In this document: in pieces, positions 27,001 through 32,746 of the stretch | How the letters are laid out: each line of letters begins with the position of its first letter | Position numbering within the stretch: the stretch's first letter is position 1 | NCBI GenBank assembly: GCA_900617105.1 | Contig: UYFQ01000315.1 | Coordinates: 124,001-162,681, forward strand | From: Hydrurus foetidus | Lineage: Eukaryota | Reading direction: 5' to 3' | Length of the DNA stretch: 38,681 bases | Program-made: the position numbers and the translations under genes | The notes under the pieces: generated by a model | Told to the model about the DNA's origin: nothing | Database searches by the model: none | What the model saw: the letters and a program-made list of their open reading frames with translations, nothing else

Positions 27001-30000
27001 CTCACATCGAAGCAGTAATAGAAGCAGAGGTCGAGGTCAAGGCAGAGGTCGAGATCGACATCGAGATCGACATCGAAGCAGGGGTCAAGGTCGAAGTGAG
27101 TTGATAGCAGACATCGAGGCAGACATCGAGACTGGAGTCGAGGCTCACATCGAAGCAGATGTCGAGGTCGATAACGAGTTGATAGCAGACATCGAGGCAG
27201 ACATCGAGACTGGAGTCGAGGCTCACATCGAAGCAGAGGTCGAGGTCGAAGTCGAGTTGATAGCAGACATCGAGGCAGACATCGAGACTGGAGTCGAGTT
27301 GATAGCAGACATCGAGGAAGATATCTAGACTGGAGTCGAGGCTCACATCGAAGCATAACTAGAAGCAGAGGTCGAGGTAGAGGTCGAGGTCGAAGTCGAG
27401 TTGATAGCAGACATCGAGGCAGACATCGAGACTGGAGTCGAGGCTCACATCGAAGCAGAGGTCGAGGTCGATGCAGAGGTCGAGATCGAGTCGATAGCAG
27501 AAGTCGATAGCAGACATCGAGGCAGACATCGAGACTGGAGTCGAGGCTCACATCGAAGCAGAGGTCGAGGTCGATGCAGAGGTCGAGGTCGATGCAGAGG
27601 TCGAGGTCGAGATCGAGTTGATAGCAGACATCGAGGCAGACATCGAGACTGGAGTCGAGGCTCACATCGAAATACAGGTCAAGGTCGAGGTCGAGTTGAT
27701 AGCAGACATCGAGGCAGACATCGAGACTGGAGTCGAGGCTGACATCAAAGCAGAGGTCGAGGTCGAGGTCGAGGTCGATGCAGAGGTCGAGTTCGAGGTC
27801 GATGCAGAGGTCGAGGTCGAGGTCGAAGTCGAAGTCGAAGTCGAGTTGATAGCAGAAATCAAGGCAGACATCGAGACTGGAGTCGAGGCTCACATCGAAA
27901 AAGAGGTCGAGGTCCAGGTCAAGGTCGATGCAGAGGTCGAGTTGATAGCAGACATCGAGGCAGACATCGAGACTGGAGTCGAGGCTCATATCGAAATACA
28001 GGTCAAGGTCGAGGTCGAGTTGATAGCAGATATTTAGGCAGACATCGAGACTGGAGTCGAAGCTGACATCAAAGCAGAGGTCGAGGTCGAGGTCGAGATC
28101 GATGCAGAGGTCGAGTTCGAGGTCGAGGTCGAGGTCGATGCAGAGGTCGAGTTCGAGGTCGAAGTCGAAGTCGAAGTCGAGTTGATAGCAGAAATCAAGG
28201 CAGACATCGAGACTGGAGTCGAGGCTCACATCGAAGCAGAGGTCGAGGTCAAGGTCGAGGTCGATGCAGAGGTCGAGGTCGAGTTGATAGCAGACATCGA
28301 GGCAGACATCGAGACTGGAGTCGAGGCTCACATCGAAATAGAAGCAGAGGTCGAAGTCGAGGACGAGGCAGAGGTCGAGGTTGAGATCGTAATAGAGTTG
28401 ATAGCAGACATCGAGGCAGACATCGAGGATGGAGTCGAGGATCACATCGAAGCAGAGGTCGAAGTACAGGTCGATGTCGAGTTGATAGCAGACATCGAGG
28501 CACACATCGAGGATGGAGTCGAGGATCACATCGAAGCAGAGGTCGAGGTCGATGCAGAGGCGGAGGTCGAGGGCGAGATCGTAATAGAGTTGATAGCAGA
28601 CATCGAGGCAGACATCGAGGCTGGAGTCGAGGATCACATCGAAGCAGAGGTCGAGGTCGATGCAGAGGCGGAGGTCGAGGGCGAGGTCGAAGTCGAGTTG
28701 ATAGCAGACATCGAGGCAGACATCGAGACTGGAGTCGAGGCTCACATCGAAGCAGAGGTCGAGGTCGAGGCAGAGGTCGAGGTCGAGGTCGATGCAGAGG
28801 TCGAGATCGAGTTGATAGCAGACATCGAGGCAGACATCGAGACTGGAGTCGAGGCTGACATCGAAGCAGAGGTCGAGGTCGATGCAGACGTCGAGGTCGA
28901 GATCGATGCAGAGGTCGAGGTCGATGCAGAGGTCGAGATCGAGTTGATAGCAGACATCGAGGCAGACATCGAGACTGGAGTCGAGGCTGACATCGAAGCA
29001 GAGGTCGAGGTCGATGCAGAGGCAGAGGTCGAGGTCGAGATCGATGCAGAGGTCGAGTTGATAGTAGACATTAAGGCAGACATCGAGACTGGAGTCGAGG
29101 CTCACATCGAAGCAGAGGTCGAGGTCGAGGTCGAAGCAGAGGTCGATGCAGAGGTCGAAGTCGAGTTGATAGCAGACATCGAGGCAGACATCGAGACTGG
29201 AGTCGAGGCTCACATCGAAGCAGTAATAGAAGCAGAGGTCGAGGTCAAGGCAGAGGTCGAGATCGAGGTCGAGATCGACATCGAAGCAGGGGTCAAGGTC
29301 GAAGTAAGTTGTTAGTAGACATCGAGGAAGATATCGATACTGGAGTCGAGGCTCACATCGAAGCAGAGGTCGAGGTCGATGTCGAGTTGATAGCAGACAT
29401 CGAGGCAGACATCGAGACTGGAGTCGAGGCTCACATCGAAGCAGAGGTCGAGGTCGAAGTCGAGTTGATAGCAGACTACGAGGCAGACATCGAGGCTGGA
29501 GTCGAGTTGATAGCAGACATCGAGGAAAATATCTAGACTGGAGTCGAGGCTCACATCGAAGCATAACTAGAAGCAGAGGTCGAGGTAGAGGTCGAGGTCG
29601 AAGTCGAGTTGATAGCAGACATCGAGGCAGACATCGAGACTGGAGTCGAGGCTCACATCGAAGCAGAGGTCGAGGTCGATGCAGAGGTCCAGATCGATGC
29701 AGAGGTCGAGGTCGAGTTGATAGCAGACATCGAGGCAGACATCGAGACTGGAGTCGAGGCTCACATCGAAGCAGAGGTCGAGATCGATGCAGAGGTCGAG
29801 GTCGATACAGAGGTCGAGGTCGAGATCGAGTTGATAGCAGACATCAAGGCAGACATCGAGACTGGAGTCGAGGCTAACAACGAAGCAGAGGTCGAGGTCG
29901 AGGTCGAAGTCGAGTTGATAGCAGACATCAAGGCAGACATCGAGACTGGAGTCGAGGCTCACATCAGAAAAGAGGTCGAGGTCGAGGCAGAGGTCGAGGA

Positions 30001-30814
30001 AGAGGTCAAGGTTTAGGTCGAAGTCGATCTGATAGCAGACATCGAGGCAGACATCGAGACTGGAGTCGAGGCTCACATCGAAGCAGAGGTAGAAGCAGAG
30101 GTCGAGGTCGATACAGAGGTCGAGGTCGATGCAGAGGTCGAGTTGATAGCAGACATCGAGGAACACATCGAGACTGGAGTCGAGGCTCACATCGAAGCAG
30201 AGGTCGAAGTACAGGTCGAAGTCGAGTTGATAGCAGACATCGAGGCAGACATCGAGACTGGAGTCGAGGCTCACATCGAAGCAGAGGTCGAGGTCGATGC
30301 AGAGGCGGAGGTGGAGGTCGAGGTCGACTTGATAGCAGACATCGAGGCAGACATCGAGACTGGAGTCGAGGCTCACATCGAAGCAGAGGTCGAAGTCGAG
30401 GACGAGGCAGAGGTTGAGGTCGAGATCGTAATAGAGTTGATAGCAGACATCGAGGCAGACATCGAGACTGGAGTCGAGGCTCACATCGAAGCAGAGGTCG
30501 AGGTCGATGCAGAGGCGGAGGTGGAGGTCGAGGTCGACTTGATAGCAGACATCGAGGCAGACATCGAGACTGGAGTCGAGGCTCACATCGAAGCAGAGGT
30601 CGAGGTCGATGCAGAGGCGGAGGTGGAGGTCGAGGTCGACTTGATAGCAGACATCGAGGCAGACATCGAGACTGGAGTCGAGGCTCACATCGAAGCAGAC
30701 ATCGAGGCAGACATCGTGATTGGATTTGATACTTTTGTCGAGTATGGGATTGAGGTGATAGTTGAAGCGCAGGCAGAAGTTGTCATCGATGGTGGATCTG
30801 TTGCTGTGGGGTAG
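2..30814 (+). CDS. Giant acidic E/V/A/D/I-rich repeat protein, 5'-incomplete; frame broken in this assembly; candidate introns near the 3' end
   Basis: Long open stretches in the [20 protein letters not shown] frame (e.g. 18403-21045, 24192-27104). Common variants are synonymous third-position changes in this frame (GAG/GAA, GTC/GTA/GTT/GTG, ATA/ATC/ATT, GCA/GCG). Linker length changes come in multiples of 6 nt. The frame runs out of the array into a non-repetitive tail of similar composition and ends at TAG 30812-30814. No family recognised. Confidence 0.75.
2340..6790 (+). repeat. Higher-order duplication with ~3073-bp offset (approx. 2340-3720 and 5410-6790)
   Basis: Same ordered rare variants: GAAAAAGAG (3161/6234), GCACACATC (3218/6291), TTGGTAGCA (3278/6351), then GAGTTC and GCTGACATC linkers. 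Boundaries approximate. Confidence 0.75.
26660..29690 (+). repeat. Higher-order duplication with 2208-bp offset (approx. 26660-27480 and 28870-29690)
   Basis: Shared rare markers at a constant offset of 2208: TTGATAGTAGACATTAAG (26850/29058), GCAGTAATAGAA, GCAGGGGTCAAG, the donor-creating deletion (27096/29304), ATCTAG (27328/29536) and GCATAACTAG. Boundaries approximate. Confidence 0.85.
27096..28037 (+). other. Candidate GT-AG intron 1 made of repeat sequence (942 nt)
   Basis: Starts GAA|GTGAGT, where a 1-nt deletion in GAAGTCGAGT creates the donor. Ends GATATTTAG|GCA. Contains TAG 27326-27328, TAA 27356-27358 and a frameshift near 27500. Removal joins ...[10 protein letters not shown] in frame. 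Confidence 0.55.
29304..30016 (+). other. Candidate GT-AG intron 2 made of repeat sequence (713 nt)
   Basis: Starts GAA|GTAAGT and ends AAGGTTTAG|GTC. Contains TAG 29534-29536, TAA 29564-29566 and many atypical substitutions. Length is not a multiple of 3. Removal gives ...[17 protein letters not shown] in frame with the terminal ORF. Confidence 0.6.
30017..30814 (+). CDS. Putative terminal exon of the repeat protein, including the unique C-terminal tail
   Basis: Uninterrupted repeat frame from 30017 into [35 protein letters not shown] and the stop. Followed by AT-rich non-coding DNA. Confidence 0.6.
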   Translation, partial: VEVDLIADIEADIETGVEAHIEAEVEAEVEVDTEVEVDAEVELIADIEEHIETGVEAHIEAEVEVQVEVELIADIEADIETGVEAHIEAEVEVDAEAEVEVEVDLIADIEADIETGVEAHIEAEVEVEDEAEVEVEIVIELIADIEADIETGVEAHIEAEVEVDAEAEVEVEVDLIADIEADIETGVEAHIEAEVEVDAEAEVEVEVDLIADIEADIETGVEAHIEADIEADIVIGFDTFVEYGIEVIVEAQAEVVIDGGSVAVG

Positions 30815-30879
30815 TCACCGACACTGACAGGGTCTGAGTGTGTACCGTTTGAAAAACAAAATCTGCCTTATAAAATTGA

Positions 30880-30885
30880 AATAAA
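30880..30885 (+). promoter_or_regulatory. Possible polyadenylation signal AATAAA
   Basis: AATAAA about 65 nt after the stop codon of the repeat gene. Weak evidence in AT-rich DNA. Confidence 0.3.
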
Positions 30886-30970
30886 TGTCGCTGCTGCTGC
30901 CATGTGGACAGCATTAATCATCACCAATTTAAAGCGCTCTTGAAGACAATGCTGATCAGTTGATTTGGTT

Positions 30971-31033
30971 TGAGTGGAGTGGAGTGAGTGGAGTGGAGTG
31001 GAGTTGACGTCATGGCATCAAGTGTGTGTGTGT
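30971..31033. repeat. (GAGTG)n and (GT)n microsatellites
   Basis: TGAGTGGAGTGGAGTGAGTGGAGTGGAGTGGAGT at 30971-31004 and GTGTGTGTGTGT at 31022-31033. Confidence 0.8.
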
Positions 31034-32196
31034 TGAAAAGAATTAAAGAGGCATCAAAATGTAAATCATGTAAAAAGTGTGACTGCTAGAGATGAAATTG
31101 AAATTCAAATCACAAGTGAGGTGACACCAAAACAGTTTCAGTGTATATTTGAATACGATCATATATAACAAGGTCAAAAGAAGTTCATATGACGAAAGGA
31201 AAGAGGGTTCGAGAGAAGAGGAGAACAATAGGAGGAAAACGATTGCAACGGATGGAGGCTGATTTCTAGGTTTTCATTGCGAAGATAATTGATATTATAA
31301 TAGACAGAATCACCACCAAATATTCTGATTTATCATCAAATGTGACTGATGCTTCAACTGAAACTTTCAGACATTAAATATCGAGATGAATACGAATACC
31401 AATAAGAATCGTATGAATGAATACGTATACCCTTTTCACTGTCCAATAAAATATTTGTTCCACCAATTTGTGTTGTGATATGTGAGTTGTGTGCGGCCTT
31501 TCTCTGTCACTTAATATTCATATACACCGATAATGTCCATGAGGTAGGTGCACAGACGCCAATTTCATTTTATTGTTTTCTGAAAGAGTGTGTGCCTGAA
31601 ATTTAAATTTTGATTGTTCATCCATTTGTGAAATTTGATTTGAAAATTGAGAAACGAAAACCTGCGTACCTATCACCTCATAATTGAATTGCATTGCATT
31701 TCTTCTTCTCATTGCAGTGATATTTTTTTTAGAGTATAAATATTTGAACACAGTGCATCAGTTGTATATGTCGCCCTGTGTGTAGATTTTGATAGCAAAA
31801 GCGATCTACGCCTATGCATGTCACGTATTTGTTACATTAGGTGTCACAAATAGCACCGTGAACTCATTTGCCACTAAGTTTCGATGAAAAAAGGTTGTTA
31901 TAGGAGAATTTGTTTCTGAAAAAATCTGATCTTTTGGTTTTAACATTGAGGCCCAGGGCCGCTTCCATCTTTTGTGTGAAACATGAGAAATGTATGCGTG
32001 GTTACGTGCGGTATACGCGCTTGCAGCGTACGTACTTCAAACATCCGAACTGAAGCGATTTTCAGTTTTCAAGATTCAAGAATGTGCCCCCTTAACGTAT
32101 AAAATAACCTGAACTCTAATCCCCGCTCCCCCCCCCTAGCCTTTCTCACCCTAACTGAACCGGATAAAAAAATGTTTTTTTACGTACTGAGAAATA

Positions 32197-32696
32197 CTGC
32201 TTCCTTTAGTTTCTATTCTTTGGTCTCTATTCCTCCTATTCTAAGCTACCCTCCTCTACCTGCTCTGCTGGCCTGACTCTCATACTTATCCAGCGTTGTG
32301 AAGATCGAATTCAATTCGAAATTCACTTTTGCAGTCAATTCTTACTGTCGCGAGCAAGTCTCCGAAGTCTGATTGCTGTATAATTAGTCACTCGGATTGA
32401 GAGTCATCTCCCGATACTTGACTATCGTGTAGTTGCTTGAGTTTCAGCTCAGCAACTCCATATCATTGTGCAGAGTTAATCTCTGCCCATAACTGGCTTC
32501 AAGCTTTGCTTGATTGACGTCCGTGGATAGCCTCGTCTTCCACGCCGTTATCGTGGTTGGTCGAGCAAGTCTCCCAATCCCGGCCTATTTTGTACGGATT
32601 GAATCATTCATCCGTCCAGAACTTTTGTGACTTACTTTGCTTGCCTAACTGCCTGTTTGATTAATCATCCAAACGGCACTAGGCGAAGCTCCTGCA
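32197..32696 (+). repeat. 5' LTR remnant of copy 1 (5' end missing or unrecognisable)
   Basis: Homologous to 37702-38202. Ends ...CCTGCA, followed by ATTTTTT and a PBS-like TGG motif. I see no homology to copy 2 upstream of about 32197. Confidence 0.65.
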
Positions 32697-32703
32697 ATTT
32701 TTT

Positions 32704-32716
32704 TGGCGATCCTCGC
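32704..32716 (+). promoter_or_regulatory. Primer-binding site, tRNA-Arg-like (TGGCGATCCTCGC)
   Basis: TGG is complementary to tRNA CCA and lies 7 nt after the LTR-ending CA. TGGCGATCCT matches, from memory, the 3' end (...AGGATCG-CCA) of tRNA-Arg(ACG)-type primers. Host tRNA not checked. Confidence 0.6.
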
Positions 32717-32746
32717 TACTTAAAACTAGAAGTCAGTTTAAAAACG

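Larger units (their letters stand above)
1..30715 (+). repeat. Giant coding tandem array: 60-bp constant core plus variable linkers of 6-bp modules
   Basis: The core GAGTTGATAGCAGACATCGAGGCAGACATCGAGACTGGAGTCGAGGCTCACATCGAAGCA recurs about every 70-140 bp (first starts at 11, 89, 203, 287, 365, 449, 527, 647). Linkers are made of GAGGTC, GATGCA, GAAGTA, CAGGTC, GAGATC and similar modules. About 330 units, estimated from mean spacing. Confidence 0.98.

Noticed and set aside
27350..27365. GCATAACTAG or ATATCTAG as the 3' splice site for the 27096 donor (same for the second copy)
   Set aside because: Splicing to TAACTAG gives the wrong frame and a quick stop. Splicing to ATCTAG meets TAA 9 codons later. 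Only the TTTAG sites preserve the long ORF, although alternative short isoforms cannot be excluded.
18364..30016. TAG reassigned to Glu (ciliate-type code), since the TAGs replace GAG
   Set aside because: Only a handful of TAGs occur among thousands of Glu codons. GAG>TAG is the expected single-step route to a stop, and recoding would not explain the accompanying frameshifts.
1713..30688. Long minus-strand ORFs ([22 protein letters not shown] and [20 protein letters not shown] frames) and the Arg-rich + frame as real genes
   Set aside because: They are shadow ORFs of a stop-free repeat. Common variants are non-synonymous in these frames and no unique start region supports them.
1..30715. CRISPR-like array (constant repeat plus variable spacers)
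   Set aside because: The repeat is 60 bp. The spacers are low-complexity permutations of the same hexamers and keep a reading frame. There are no cas genes and the context is eukaryotic.
31043..31751. Short minus-strand ORFs (61 and 77 aa) in the AT-rich spacer
   Set aside because: Short, with no recognisable motifs, and the composition is typical of intergenic DNA.
32100..32196. Telomere-like C-rich tract (CCCTAAC, poly-C) and A7/T7 hairpin
   Set aside because: No tandem telomeric repeat, only isolated motifs.
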